A stretch of DNA of 64,000 bases from Spirochaetia bacterium (GCA_965263295.1 OZ253665.1:160001-224000); one strand, 5' to 3'; shown: positions 47,963-58,649, counted from the first letter of the stretch. Notes: generated by a model from the sequence alone, not told the origin. Numbers and translations are program-made.

Positions 47963-50116
47963 TTGCAGGTGTGGGTTATGCGAAATCTATTTATTACACA
48001 AAAACAATATATTTTAGTTATTCTAATGTATATTGTTTCGTTTGTGTTTACTCTGTTGCTCTTTGAATCGCCCATTGGCTATATCTGGGGTATGAAGGCG
48101 GTGCAAAAGTCAATCGGCATCATCTTGCCGACGCTTGCATTTGTTTATTTAATATCTTTTGTTGTATCCATCTTAATTTTATCTTTTATTATTTATGTAT
48201 TATTAGACAAACATATACGCAATTATAAGTTTATTCTTAAAGGTAATGAGACAACTTTGACTATTGAGCAGAAGCGTCAAGGGCTCCACCGTATGAGATC
48301 AAATTCATTTATTGCCCTAATGTTAAGTCTAACCCCTCTCTTAGCTTATCTTTGCCTGATTGACATTCGCGATACCGTTTCTATGCAAGCCTTAGGTCTT
48401 CTAAAGTTAAATTTGCTAATTATTAACTTGTTTATAGGCGCTATTGTGGGTATGCTATATGCTGATCTGGCCCAGATATTATACCGACCTTTACGCATCG
48501 CTATTCAGCTACCGCTACAGGGTAATGTGCGTTCAACCATGAGCGCTCTAGTTAGGATGGCTATCACCACATTATTTTCTTGTTCACTGATATTACTAAT
48601 TTCACATTTGTATTTCGACATGGACCGCGAGATAAATTCGCGTATTATTTCGTCTATTTCTATAAATGTATCTGATAGTTATGCTACTTCAAATTTTAAT
48701 CAAGAAGTAAAGAGTATTTTTGAGGGATTAGCTCTTGAGTACCCCCTGTCTTTAAATTTAGTTTGGGATGACATAGATTTCTCTGAGCATTTTTCGCATA
48801 TTCAGAAAAGTATTGGAAACCAAGAGATAGATGAGTATTATAGTTTTAATAGATTATTCAAGATACTATATATTATAATTTTCTTGTTGAGCTTGAATTC
48901 TTTGAGTTGGTTAAATATTTATTTAATTTGCCGGCAGTTTAAGATTCGTATTGATAATATTTTTCATCGTTTGCAGAGCTTGCTTAGGGGAGAAGAAAGT
49001 TTTGCGGGGACAGTATCTTTGACAGCTTTTGATGAAATAGGTTACTTTGCCGGCTATTTGAATTTATTGACAATGACAAGTCAAAAGATTTCATATGATG
49101 TTAAGCTAGAAGGGAAAAACCTACTTGATTCTCTTGATGCCCAGGAACTTAATGTATCTAAATTAAGTAATATCGTTCAGGGGCTAGAGCAAGACATTGT
49201 CAAAATCAATGATAGTGTGGATAAAGAGGAAGAAGAGCATCAAATTATGGATGGAGGGCTGCATAATGTGCGTTCTATTATCCTAAAAGTAAATGGATTG
49301 CTGAATAACCAACGTAAGTATGTCGATATAATTGCTAATCAAGTAAATAGTTTTGCCTCTCTGGTAGGCAATGTGAATCAAATTACCGAGAAAGCAGACC
49401 GAGAAGCTGGAGTCTTGGCAATGTCTGTGGGCCGGGGCGAAGAGGCGGTGCAAAGTTCAATTCTCGGAATGAAAGAGATTGCTAAAGCTTCAAAGGCCAT
49501 TGAAAACATTGTTGGTGCAATTACCAAGATTGCGGCCCAGACCAGCCTTTTATCCATGAATGCGGCCATTGAGGCAGCACACGCGGGTGAACACGGTAGC
49601 GGTTTTGCGGTGCTGGCTCAGGAAGTGCGTAGTCTTTCTGAAAGTACTACGGCTCAAAGTCGGGCCATTCGCGAACAGATTGAACTTCTGATTACTGGCG
49701 TTCAATCAGGTCTGAGTATTTCGGAAAATACAACAAGGATCCTCAGTGAGATTACGGAATCAATTGAGCGGAATAATGTATTTGTTAAAAGCATTACTAA
49801 TGCAATGACTGAACAGCATCAAGGATCGCGAGATATCGTACAGTTAATTGAATCTTCGGTCAGCAGGGGAGCTAGAATCCGCATCCTTACAGACTTACAA
49901 ATTCGTAAGAGCCAGGATGTTATCAACTCTATGGCCGACTTCTTGCAAATTAGTAGGTCAATTGTTGTTCTCAGTCAAGAATCATCTGATTCTATTCAGA
50001 GTATTTCCCAGTATGTGGATGCAATCGGAAGTTCAATTGAGAGTAACAAGGGAATATCCGAAAAAATCTTGGCTGATGTTGCAGATATTGATAATGCGAA
50101 GACTGATATTTATTGA
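47963..50116 (+). CDS. Methyl-accepting chemotaxis protein with about 6 TM helices
   Basis: IAAQTSLLSMNAAIEAAHAGEHGSGFAVLAQEVRSLSE; HAMP-like FDEIG; start may be ATG 47978. Confidence 0.92.
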   Translation: MQVWVMRNLFITQKQYILVILMYIVSFVFTLLLFESPIGYIWGMKAVQKSIGIILPTLAFVYLISFVVSILILSFIIYVLLDKHIRNYKFILKGNETTLTIEQKRQGLHRMRSNSFIALMLSLTPLLAYLCLIDIRDTVSMQALGLLKLNLLIINLFIGAIVGMLYADLAQILYRPLRIAIQLPLQGNVRSTMSALVRMAITTLFSCSLILLISHLYFDMDREINSRIISSISINVSDSYATSNFNQEVKSIFEGLALEYPLSLNLVWDDIDFSEHFSHIQKSIGNQEIDEYYSFNRLFKILYIIIFLLSLNSLSWLNIYLICRQFKIRIDNIFHRLQSLLRGEESFAGTVSLTAFDEIGYFAGYLNLLTMTSQKISYDVKLEGKNLLDSLDAQELNVSKLSNIVQGLEQDIVKINDSVDKEEEEHQIMDGGLHNVRSIILKVNGLLNNQRKYVDIIANQVNSFASLVGNVNQITEKADREAGVLAMSVGRGEEAVQSSILGMKEIAKASKAIENIVGAITKIAAQTSLLSMNAAIEAAHAGEHGSGFAVLAQEVRSLSESTTAQSRAIREQIELLITGVQSGLSISENTTRILSEITESIERNNVFVKSITNAMTEQHQGSRDIVQLIESSVSRGARIRILTDLQIRKSQDVINSMADFLQISRSIVVLSQESSDSIQSISQYVDAIGSSIESNKGISEKILADVADIDNAKTDIY

Positions 50117-50152
50117 AATCTAATATGAGAAATGATATAGAGAGATTTATTT

Positions 50153-52282
50153 ATGCAGAATCAAAATAAAAATATTATAAATCATAGCTTTTTGAGTTTA
50201 AATAGACGTAGATTTACCCTTAGCCTGTTGACATATTTCTGGATAATAATTCTCGGGTATCTCATGACACAAGGGATTATTCAGTATTATATCATTTTAG
50301 GGGTTTGGGGACACAATGACATTATAACTTTCATGTCCAGTTTTCTGTTTCATAATATAATTTTTGCTCTTATATTTGGTATAATTCAAAGCATTTATAT
50401 TTTTTTCATTTGGGACAGACCAGAAAGGTTTATTGCTGAGCTTGAGAAAAATAATCATGAGAATTTGGACGTAACCAGACCTTTGTTTGATTGCCTGTAT
50501 AACAGGCAAAAAATTCTGCCATATGTGTTTCTGAGCTTTGGTTTTTGTCATTCCGTAGCGATTATGACGGACTGGATGCACAGTTCGTTTATTGGAGATA
50601 TAGATTTATGGGTAGTCCGTATTAATTCGTTATTAATGAACTTAAGTTTGTCCTTTATTGCTTGTCGTCTGTTTAATCTTGCAGCAATTCGCTTGTGTGG
50701 TAATTGGGTCCGGAAATTTGAGATCACCTTGATGGGTGATCACAAGCCGTACAACACAAATTATGATTTTCTGATTACTAGTATCAGTATGGGAGTCTTC
50801 TGTATTTTTCTTTCTCTCTATGTATATAATCTTACTTCATTCCAGGGAGATTTTTTAATTGAAAGATTTTTTAACATATTGAATCTTTTACAAATTAAAG
50901 ACATTTACCCAGATAATTATTTAATTGTTAGTATTATGAAGCATGAAATGGCGCAACAGGCAATTTCGATGGTCGGTGTTAATCCGTATATGACACTCAA
51001 TGAGGTGGAAAGTCTTTCTGTTTTTCGCGGTCTGTCTTTAGATCTGGTAAGTTTATTTATCGTTATATTCTACATAATTTCTATTTTTATAATGCATTTC
51101 TGGATAAATGTTGACTCAGTCCAGCGTGTCATCCGCTACCTTTCTGGTTACCTCCGTGGAGTTCTGCAAGGGATCACCAGTCTTAAAGATTCTATGCCTT
51201 TAATACGTTTTGACTCAGTGGGTTATATGATGGGGTACCTGAATCTATTATTCCAGCATATTTATAGGATGATTATGAATCTGATGGATTCCATCGTTCA
51301 GCTGGCTGAAATTTCAGAAAAGTCGACTACTGATGCGGATAATGGTATGAATGAAGTATATAATGTAACTCACAGTTTTGCTTCAGTAAACCTTAAGGCA
51401 GACTTACAGCTGCAGTCTATTCGCGGTATTCGCGAAGCTTTTAACGATTTGCGCCAGATTATTAAGTCCATTGATAATGAAGTCAGTATCCAGAAAGAAC
51501 AATTGGAAACAGCCAAAGCAACTGTTTCTGGAGTGAAGACAGCTATCGTGGAGATGGAGCAATCTAGTAAGAATGTGGCAAAGCTGTTTGAAAAGCTGAA
51601 TAATTTGGCAGGTAGTGGATTGGAAGTCGTACAAAATGCTTATTCAGTCGTGTCTGATATTTCTCAGACTTCATATAATGTTCGCGATATTGTGAATTCT
51701 ATCGAAAAGCTTTCAGGACAGACAGGACTTTTGGCGATGAGTGCATCCATTGAATCAGCTCACGCAGGGAGTCACGGCCTTGGCTTTTCTGTGGTAGCTC
51801 AGTCTGTGCGTAAACTTTCAGATGATTCGGGAACACAGAGTAAGGCGATTCGGGCTCAAATTGAAGAAATGGTACAGAAGGTTGAAGTAGAAGTATTACT
51901 TTCACGGCATGTTAGCCGGTCTTTTCAGTCAATCGCCAATAGTACTCAGAATTCGGCGAATTTGTTTCACCATATCTATAACTCAATTGATGAGCAAAAC
52001 AAGCAATCTGCAACCATCAATGCGGAGATTGAAGATCTACTGGCAACTACCCAAGAAATTTTGAACTTTACTCACGAGCAAGTGCAAATACTTGATGAGT
52101 TGACTCAAACGACTGTCCAAATGGAACAGGATATCCTCAATATTAGCAAGTCGAGTCAATGGCAATCCAACATGAGCGAAGAAATTATCTCTTTGTTTGA
52201 GAGTCTTAATAACCATGTCGTGTTGAATATTGAGCGTGTGCATTCCATTAATGAAAAAATTAAACGCTTCAAACTGGATTAG
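50153..52282 (+). CDS. Methyl-accepting chemotaxis protein, divergent signalling tip
   Basis: LSGQTGLLAMSASIESAHAGSHGLGFSVVAQSVRKLS; same multi-TM layout as its neighbour. Confidence 0.88.
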   Translation: MQNQNKNIINHSFLSLNRRRFTLSLLTYFWIIILGYLMTQGIIQYYIILGVWGHNDIITFMSSFLFHNIIFALIFGIIQSIYIFFIWDRPERFIAELEKNNHENLDVTRPLFDCLYNRQKILPYVFLSFGFCHSVAIMTDWMHSSFIGDIDLWVVRINSLLMNLSLSFIACRLFNLAAIRLCGNWVRKFEITLMGDHKPYNTNYDFLITSISMGVFCIFLSLYVYNLTSFQGDFLIERFFNILNLLQIKDIYPDNYLIVSIMKHEMAQQAISMVGVNPYMTLNEVESLSVFRGLSLDLVSLFIVIFYIISIFIMHFWINVDSVQRVIRYLSGYLRGVLQGITSLKDSMPLIRFDSVGYMMGYLNLLFQHIYRMIMNLMDSIVQLAEISEKSTTDADNGMNEVYNVTHSFASVNLKADLQLQSIRGIREAFNDLRQIIKSIDNEVSIQKEQLETAKATVSGVKTAIVEMEQSSKNVAKLFEKLNNLAGSGLEVVQNAYSVVSDISQTSYNVRDIVNSIEKLSGQTGLLAMSASIESAHAGSHGLGFSVVAQSVRKLSDDSGTQSKAIRAQIEEMVQKVEVEVLLSRHVSRSFQSIANSTQNSANLFHHIYNSIDEQNKQSATINAEIEDLLATTQEILNFTHEQVQILDELTQTTVQMEQDILNISKSSQWQSNMSEEIISLFESLNNHVVLNIERVHSINEKIKRFKLD

Positions 52283-52310
52283 TTAAAAGGTCTACAAAGG
52301 GATATTGCAG

Positions 52311-52790
52311 ATGGCGACGGAGCATCAGCGGCCTAGCTGGGATGACTACTTTTTTGAAGTTTGTCAGGCCATAGCCAAACGCGCCACTTGTGACCGCGGA
52401 CGAAGTGGTTGTGTCATTGTCAAGGACAAGCAGATTCTGGCGACAGGTTATGTGGGGGCACCTGCCGGGCTGCCTCACTGTGATGAAGTGGGGCATCTAC
52501 TTAAGCAGGTGACACATGAAGATGGCAGTGTCAGTTCACATTGTATGCGCACTGTGCATGCCGAACAAAATGCAATTTGCCAGGCAGCCAAGTTCGGTGT
52601 GGCGCTGAATGGCGCAACTTTGTACTGCAGTATGACGCCTTGTCGCAGTTGTGCCATGATGATTATTAATATAGGTATTTGCCGCGTCGTGGCGGACAAG
52701 CGCTACCAGCGCGGGCGGGAAACCGAGCAGATGTTTGCCGAAGCTGGGGTTGAGTTATATTATCGCAGCGATGAAGAAATGCTTTATTGA
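52311..52790 (+). CDS. dCMP deaminase (ComEB-like)
   Basis: RPSWDDYF, RATCDR, ATGY, HAEQNA, TPCRSC. Confidence 0.92.
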   Translation: MATEHQRPSWDDYFFEVCQAIAKRATCDRGRSGCVIVKDKQILATGYVGAPAGLPHCDEVGHLLKQVTHEDGSVSSHCMRTVHAEQNAICQAAKFGVALNGATLYCSMTPCRSCAMMIINIGICRVVADKRYQRGRETEQMFAEAGVELYYRSDEEMLY

Positions 52791-53039
52791 ATCGTTAAAT
52801 TATCAATTTGTCACGAGGTGAAATTTTTGTCCGCAAGTTTTAATTTTTGGCTGTTCTAAATAAAAATAAAAATCCAAAGGAATGACATTTGACATCAGCG
52901 TTGTTGACGGTGGCTTTGCTCTCAATTGATAAGCTGCGGGCTCCTTTTAGCGATTTCAGTGGTCTTTTCGTATTGATTTTGCAGCCATAATGCTTTGTGC
53001 ATTTTTAGCCGAGCTTAGTATTTTGGGATTATAAAATAT

Positions 53040-53900
53040 ATGGCAGCTAAACGAGGCAAAGGCCAAAGTAAGATACATGGGCCACGGCGGCAGAGAAATC
53101 GTGATTTATCGACGCCTTCTACACAAGTGTATGAACGTGAAACCACAAAATGTGAAATTGGGCATGAATCACCTGAGATATTGCAACAGAGTATACCTGT
53201 CGTTGAAAAGGTAGAGCGCGCGCGAGGAACTACGTTGTACATGGTAGCCACTCCGCTAGGTAATTTGCGTGATATTACTCTGCGAGCTCTAGATATTCTG
53301 GCTTCGGTGGATGTCATTGTCTGTGAGAGCCTGAATCGAGCTAAGAAATTGTTGCGTGCGTACCGCATTCAGCCTGCACAGCTACTGGTTTGTCAGGCCG
53401 GGAATGAAGAAGCCAGTGCGACAGGTCTAATAAAGCTAATGCAGCGGGGGACTAGTATTGCCTATATCTGTGATGCCGGTACACCAGGGCTTAATGATCC
53501 CGGTATGAGACTGGTCGCCGCTGCTCGCTCTGAAGGTTTTGCCGTGGAGGCTTTACCTGGGCCCTCGGCTCTGACTATGATTGCGAGTTTGGCTTCGGCC
53601 TCTTGTAAGCCTTTGAGCTTTATTGGCTTTCTCAGTCCAAAAAGTGGACGGCGCCGACGCGAGCTAAAATTTTGGCTAGAGCAGGGCCACAGTTTTGTTT
53701 TCTATGAGTCTCCGTTTCGCATTATATCCACATTGGAGGAATTAGCTCAACTAGCGCCCGAAAGGGAAATTGGCATGGGGCGCGAAATGACAAAAAAAAA
53801 CGCACAGTTTTTATGGGGAACATCCGATTATATATTATGCCAGTTGAATTCTATGTCAACTGTTTGTGGTGAGTTTACCTTGCTGGTTGCCGCGGGGTGA
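53040..53900 (+). CDS. rsmI: 16S rRNA C1402 2'-O-methyltransferase
   Basis: LYMVATPLGNLRDITLRAL, DAGTPGLNDPG, PGPSA, FYESPFR, REMTK. Confidence 0.93.
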   Translation: MAAKRGKGQSKIHGPRRQRNRDLSTPSTQVYERETTKCEIGHESPEILQQSIPVVEKVERARGTTLYMVATPLGNLRDITLRALDILASVDVIVCESLNRAKKLLRAYRIQPAQLLVCQAGNEEASATGLIKLMQRGTSIAYICDAGTPGLNDPGMRLVAAARSEGFAVEALPGPSALTMIASLASASCKPLSFIGFLSPKSGRRRRELKFWLEQGHSFVFYESPFRIISTLEELAQLAPEREIGMGREMTKKNAQFLWGTSDYILCQLNSMSTVCGEFTLLVAAG

Positions 53901-53972
53901 AATCTTTACTTGGCATCCTTGAGTTAGAGAGGTTCAAGTCTCAGGTAATTTTCATTCGCAGGAGTTAATAAT

Positions 53973-54260
53973 ATGCCTATTGATAAAATTGGCTCCACAG
54001 AGAACTACGCTATTGTCAGACGGAATTACGTCAAGCCAAGATTGCAGCAGCATCCTGTGGGGCAAGATACTATCAGCCTGACTAAGGCTGCACAACACAA
54101 TGCGGATATGCTGCGAGTCCGTGACTTGGCTCTGTCTGCCCCCGATACACGTTCCGAAAAAATTGTCGAAATGCAGGGTAAATTGCAGGACCCTGCTTAT
54201 CCCGATCAGGCAATTATTGTCAAATTGGCCGATCGTTTAATTGATCAATGGCATGCGTAA
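53973..54260 (+). CDS. flgM: Anti-sigma28 factor FlgM
   Basis: DTISLT and APDTRSEKIVEM...LADRLI pattern; AGGAG RBS. Confidence 0.8.
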   Translation: MPIDKIGSTENYAIVRRNYVKPRLQQHPVGQDTISLTKAAQHNADMLRVRDLALSAPDTRSEKIVEMQGKLQDPAYPDQAIIVKLADRLIDQWHA

Positions 54261-54275
54261 CAATTTATGGTGCCA

Positions 54276-54302
54276 TAAGCAGCAGAATTTCCGTGCCGAT
54301 TA
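54276..54302 (+). promoter_or_regulatory. Candidate sigma28 promoter
   Basis: TAAG-N15-GCCGATTA versus consensus TAAA-N15-GCCGATAA. Confidence 0.4.
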
Positions 54303-54367
54303 TGAGCTCTAGGCTTGCTATACAGCGACAAGGGTTTACCTGCCTCTTTTAGAAAAAGTCGAGATAG

Positions 54368-55234
54368 TTGATTCCGGCTTTTAAATTTGCCCGTCTTAGT
54401 TGCCAGCGCCAGGTATATTGGCTGCTGCAGAGTCTTGATGAAATACAAGAAATGCCGAATGCCGATCGGATGGCAATATATGATTCACATTTGCGAGGGC
54501 TCATACCTGAACAGCGGCGTTTAAGTCTGGCGTTAGAGGCCCAGTGGATGCACTGGTCAAAAGGGATTGAAGTTTCTCAGGCTCAAAAGGTTCAGAAGGC
54601 TCGTCGTGAACTGGAAGAGCTTTTAAAGCAACTCTGCGGTGCCGAACCCAGTGACTGGGATATTGCCGTGAAGGATTTTGGAGGCTTTCCGGCGAAAGTA
54701 AGCGCGGATTACACGATGGGCTTGGAATCTTACCTAGGGCTCTACCTTGATCGAGTGCGCTCGCCTTTTAATATCGGTTCAATATTTCGAAGTGCGGCCG
54801 CATTTGGGGTCAGTGAAGTCTGTTTGCACAATCACTGCCCGGATCTTTGGCACCCGCGTGCGCAGCGCACGGCGATGGGAGCTGTCGAACTCGTCCCGGC
54901 GAGGCGTTGCGATTGGCCTGCAGACGAGGTCCACTTGAGCGAATTGCCCTGGGTCGCTTTGGAAACCCCGGATTTGGTTTGCGAATATCTTGGTATTGGA
55001 GCCACCACAACCCAATTGGATCAATTTTGCTTCCCAACAAATGGTGGCCTTTTGTTGGTGGGGGAGGAGGAACGTGGTCTGCGGCCTGAGCTCTTGTCAT
55101 ATTGTGCCCGCAAAGAAAACCGCCGGCGCGGTGGCGGTCTCCTTTTTATCCCCATGCCTGGCCGCAAGAAGAGTTTGAACCTCGGCGTGGCGGCTGCCAT
55201 AGCCCTCCAGCGTTGGGCTGAAGTCTTGACTTGA
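54368..55234 (+). CDS. TrmH/SpoU family RNA methyltransferase
   Basis: LDRVRSPFNIGSIFRS, RTAMGA, GEEERG, IPMPGRKKSLNLGVA. Confidence 0.9.
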   Translation: MIPAFKFARLSCQRQVYWLLQSLDEIQEMPNADRMAIYDSHLRGLIPEQRRLSLALEAQWMHWSKGIEVSQAQKVQKARRELEELLKQLCGAEPSDWDIAVKDFGGFPAKVSADYTMGLESYLGLYLDRVRSPFNIGSIFRSAAAFGVSEVCLHNHCPDLWHPRAQRTAMGAVELVPARRCDWPADEVHLSELPWVALETPDLVCEYLGIGATTTQLDQFCFPTNGGLLLVGEEERGLRPELLSYCARKENRRRGGGLLFIPMPGRKKSLNLGVAAAIALQRWAEVLT

Positions 55235-55240
55235 GCCATT

Positions 55241-55273
55241 GCTTGACTTGGGCTTGACTTGAGCTTGATTTGA
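55241..55273. repeat. 11-bp tandem repeat (GCTTGACTTGA-like) x3 between convergent genes
   Basis: GCTTGACTTGG GCTTGACTTGA GCTTGATTTGA, plus a displaced copy at 55225 over the stop codon. Confidence 0.8.
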
Positions 55274-55307
55274 TAATCGTGCCTGCCAGAGAAGGCGGCG
55301 TAGCCGT

Positions 55308-56600
55308 TCAATCGCGTATTTGTCCTCGGCCCAACCCAAACCACTTGGCACAGGTGAGGGCTGTCAATCCCATGGGGCCACGAGCGTGCAGCTTCTGTGT
55401 GCTGATGCCCACTTCGGCGCCCAGACCAAATTGGCCACCGTCGGAAAAACCGCTGGCCATGTTAACGAATACCGAGGCGGCATCGACCTCGTGACAGAAT
55501 ATTTCGGCGTTTTGCTGGTTTTCGGTGACGATAACTTCGGTATGGCGCGAACCATAGTGTTCAATGTGCTCAATGGCTTCATGTAGATCGCGCACAATTC
55601 TGATACACAACTGCGCGGACAGGAACTCTTGGCCGTAACTGTCCGGCGTGGCACTTTGGAGTAGCTCGGCAGGGTAGACGAGCTGCAGGGCGGCCAGGCT
55701 CTCTTCGTCGCAATGGAGGCGAACCTTCGCCGGCGCGAGTTCTGCCACGAGAGAACTGAGCTGAGGCAGTAGGGATTGGTGCACGAGCAGGCAGTCTAAA
55801 GCGTTGCAAACGCTGGGCCTGCGCATTTTGGAGTTGTAGATCAAGGCCGTGGCAATTGGGATGCGGGCACTGTCATCACAAAACAAATGCACTACCCCGG
55901 CTCCGGTTTCTATGAGCGGGATTTGACTGTTTTCGCGTACAAAGCGGATGAGCCCGGCACTGCCGCGCGGTATGCACAAGTCTATGTACTGACGTTGCTC
56001 TAAGAGTTGGACCAGCTCTTCGCGCGAGGTCCCTAGCAGATTGGCCCAGTTGGGGCTGAGACCCTGGGCCTGGAGCTCTTTACGGATAATTCCCACGAGG
56101 CAGGAGTTACTGGCCCAGGCTTCTTTGCCCCCTTTGAGCAGCAGTATGTTGCCAGTGCGCAAAGCCAAAGCGAATAAGTCGATAGTGACGTTGGGACGCG
56201 ACTCGTAGATGACCAGTATCAGCCCAATGGGTACGCGGCGCTGAACGATTTCGGCGCCGTTGGGCATTGAGTAGCGGTAGAGTTCCTGGCCGACAGGGCC
56301 GGGCAGCGTCGCCACTCTGTCGAGGTCATTGGCAACGCCTTGCAGGCGGTCTTCATTGAGCAGGAGGCGGTCGTATATCGGGTTTTGTAATGGATCTTTT
56401 AATGGGTCTTGTAGTGGTTCTTGAGCTTGCAGTTTAGCTAGGTCCTGTCGATTGGCAAGCAATATTTGTTCTTGTGTCTTGGCCTCGCGCAAGCGCGCGG
56501 CCAGTTGCCGCAGCAGCTCGCTGCTGCGTTCTAGGGCCAGGGAATTTTCGCGGCGCCAAATTTGTTTGAGTTGCCGCTGTAATTGATCTGCAGATATCAT
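55308..56600 (-). CDS. proA: Gamma-glutamyl phosphate reductase
   Basis: DRLLL, IYESRPNVT, IPRGS, RPSVCNA, VFVNMASGFSDG, ISTQKLHARGPMG; start uncertain because the frame is open to 56810. Confidence 0.95.
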   Translation of the reverse strand: MISADQLQRQLKQIWRRENSLALERSSELLRQLAARLREAKTQEQILLANRQDLAKLQAQEPLQDPLKDPLQNPIYDRLLLNEDRLQGVANDLDRVATLPGPVGQELYRYSMPNGAEIVQRRVPIGLILVIYESRPNVTIDLFALALRTGNILLLKGGKEAWASNSCLVGIIRKELQAQGLSPNWANLLGTSREELVQLLEQRQYIDLCIPRGSAGLIRFVRENSQIPLIETGAGVVHLFCDDSARIPIATALIYNSKMRRPSVCNALDCLLVHQSLLPQLSSLVAELAPAKVRLHCDEESLAALQLVYPAELLQSATPDSYGQEFLSAQLCIRIVRDLHEAIEHIEHYGSRHTEVIVTENQQNAEIFCHEVDAASVFVNMASGFSDGGQFGLGAEVGISTQKLHARGPMGLTALTCAKWFGLGRGQIRD

Positions 56601-56878
56601 CGTTTTCCCCTGGGATTTTTCGAAACCTGTTCGGCATCCGTTTGCAAGTCGCTCTCCGTTTGTAAGGTACTCACCCTGATTTTCCCCTAACTTGTAGACT
56701 GAATCAACTGAGGCAAACATTTGGTGCGTGTATACCAGACGGGGCTCTAAGCAAATTCGAGTATGACGAAATGTCAATTGAATGGAAACTAGGTCTTTGA
56801 AAAACTTCATTCCATTGGTTAAGAGCCGTTCGTTGAAGGCATCACGGCTAGCGGCTGTAAAAAGCCAAGTGGTGGCCC

Positions 56879-58648
56879 TTAGTTTTCGGTCTTCAAACTT
56901 TCGTAGAGTTGGAAATACTTGCCACCCTGCGCCAGTAATTCTTTGTGGTTGCCTTCTTCAATGATGCGGCCGTGGGCCATGACAAATATGCGGTCGGCAT
57001 TGCGCACGGTAGAAAGGCGGTGGGCAATGACAATGCTGGTGCGCCCTGTCAGCACGGCTTCTACGGCCTGCTGGAGCAATGCCTCGGTCTTGGTGTCAAT
57101 GCTTGATGTGGCCTCATCTAAAATTAAGACGAGGGGATTGTAGAGCAGAATGCGCGCAAAGGCGATTAGCTGGCGTTGGCCTAGCGACAGATTCACTCCG
57201 CGTTCGCCGATTACTGTATCATAAGCTTGGGGCTGCCTTTGAATAAACTCGTGGGCGTGAACCATTTTGGCTGCCGCCAGTACTTCGTCATCGCTGGCAT
57301 CCAGACGGCCGTAGCGGATATTCTCACGGATGCTGCTGTTGAACAAAAAACTATCCTGCATCATCACGCCGACTTTGTGCCGCAGGTCACTTAGATCCAA
57401 GCCTGTGATATCTTCGCCATCGAGCCGGATGTGGCCTCTTTGAATGTCGTAAAAACGTGTCAGTAAATTAATGATGGTTGTCTTGCCGGCTCCGGTCTCG
57501 CCGACAATGGCAACTCGCTCGCCGGGGCGCAGGCTAAAGCTTAGGTCTTTTAGCACTTTAATACCCGGTTTGTAGCTGAATTCGACATCTTGAAACTGAA
57601 TCTTGCCTTTGGGTTCTTTTAGGTAGCGCGGTTTTGCCGGGTTTTGCACGTCGATGGGGCGATCCAGGATATCAAAAACCCGTTCAGCCGCAGAGATTGC
57701 CTGCATGACTTGGCTGTAATATTGGCTCATCGCGATGATCGGTTCGTTGAACATCCAGGCGTACTGTACAAAAGTTACCAGGCCGCCGATGCTTATTAGC
57801 CCGAGCTTCAGCTGCTCAAAGCCGTAAATATAGGTGATCAGGATAGCTGTACCATTGAGCAGCAAGACCAGCGGTAAAACTATGTTGTTGGCCAAAGTGG
57901 CCCGCATCCACAGTCGGACACTGCTGTGCAAGTTGTGTTGCATGAGCTCAATATTGTCATCCTCGCGCAAATAGGACTGGTTGACTTTAATACCAGAAAT
58001 GTTTTCCTGTAAAAAAGCGTTGACCACGGAATTTTTTTGTTGTACCGCTTGCCAGCGTTCGTGGATGGTGGAGCGCAGCAGGGCGATAATTATGCTGATA
58101 AATGGAGAAGCAGCCAGAACGATCAGGCTTAACTTAAGGTTTATTGAAATCAGAATGGCAAAGATCAGCACGATGCGCAGCAGGTCGATGATTAGGTTGA
58201 CAAAGCCGTGCTTGAGGACCTGCTGCAGTTGGTCGGTGTTGTAAACAATGCGTACCATCACTTTGCTACTGGGCATCTGATCGTAGAATGAAAAGGACAG
58301 TCGTTGGGCGTGTTCAAAAGCTTGCTGGCGGAGTTTTTCGATGATCTGATTGCCGGCGCCAACCATGAGCTTAAGGCGGTAACGCACGCAAAGGCCATTA
58401 AAGATTACCAGCAAAGCATAAATGGCCCCTGTGCCGAAGACCCGAGGTATATTTTTGTTGGGCACAAAGTCGTCGATTAGCAATTTGGTCAGGTAAGGGC
58501 CCGCAAGTATGGCCAAGGCGCCCAACACCATCAGTAACAGGGCTAGAGAGATCGTGCCCTTATGTTCCTTGAGCAATCCGATCAGGCGCCACAGAGTCTG
58601 GACGCTCAACTCTATATCGTCTTCGTTCTCAATTTGGTTCCCAGTCAT
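56879..58648 (-). CDS. ABC exporter subunit (TMD+NBD) with consensus Walker B
   Basis: GETGAGKTT, LSLGQ, ILDEATSSID, AHRLST. Confidence 0.95.
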   Translation of the reverse strand: MTGNQIENEDDIELSVQTLWRLIGLLKEHKGTISLALLLMVLGALAILAGPYLTKLLIDDFVPNKNIPRVFGTGAIYALLVIFNGLCVRYRLKLMVGAGNQIIEKLRQQAFEHAQRLSFSFYDQMPSSKVMVRIVYNTDQLQQVLKHGFVNLIIDLLRIVLIFAILISINLKLSLIVLAASPFISIIIALLRSTIHERWQAVQQKNSVVNAFLQENISGIKVNQSYLREDDNIELMQHNLHSSVRLWMRATLANNIVLPLVLLLNGTAILITYIYGFEQLKLGLISIGGLVTFVQYAWMFNEPIIAMSQYYSQVMQAISAAERVFDILDRPIDVQNPAKPRYLKEPKGKIQFQDVEFSYKPGIKVLKDLSFSLRPGERVAIVGETGAGKTTIINLLTRFYDIQRGHIRLDGEDITGLDLSDLRHKVGVMMQDSFLFNSSIRENIRYGRLDASDDEVLAAAKMVHAHEFIQRQPQAYDTVIGERGVNLSLGQRQLIAFARILLYNPLVLILDEATSSIDTKTEALLQQAVEAVLTGRTSIVIAHRLSTVRNADRIFVMAHGRIIEEGNHKELLAQGGKYFQLYESLKTEN

Positions 58649-58649
58649 T

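Noticed and set aside
56601..56878. T-box or other riboswitch upstream of proA
   Set aside because: No T-box consensus or terminator seen on the minus strand.
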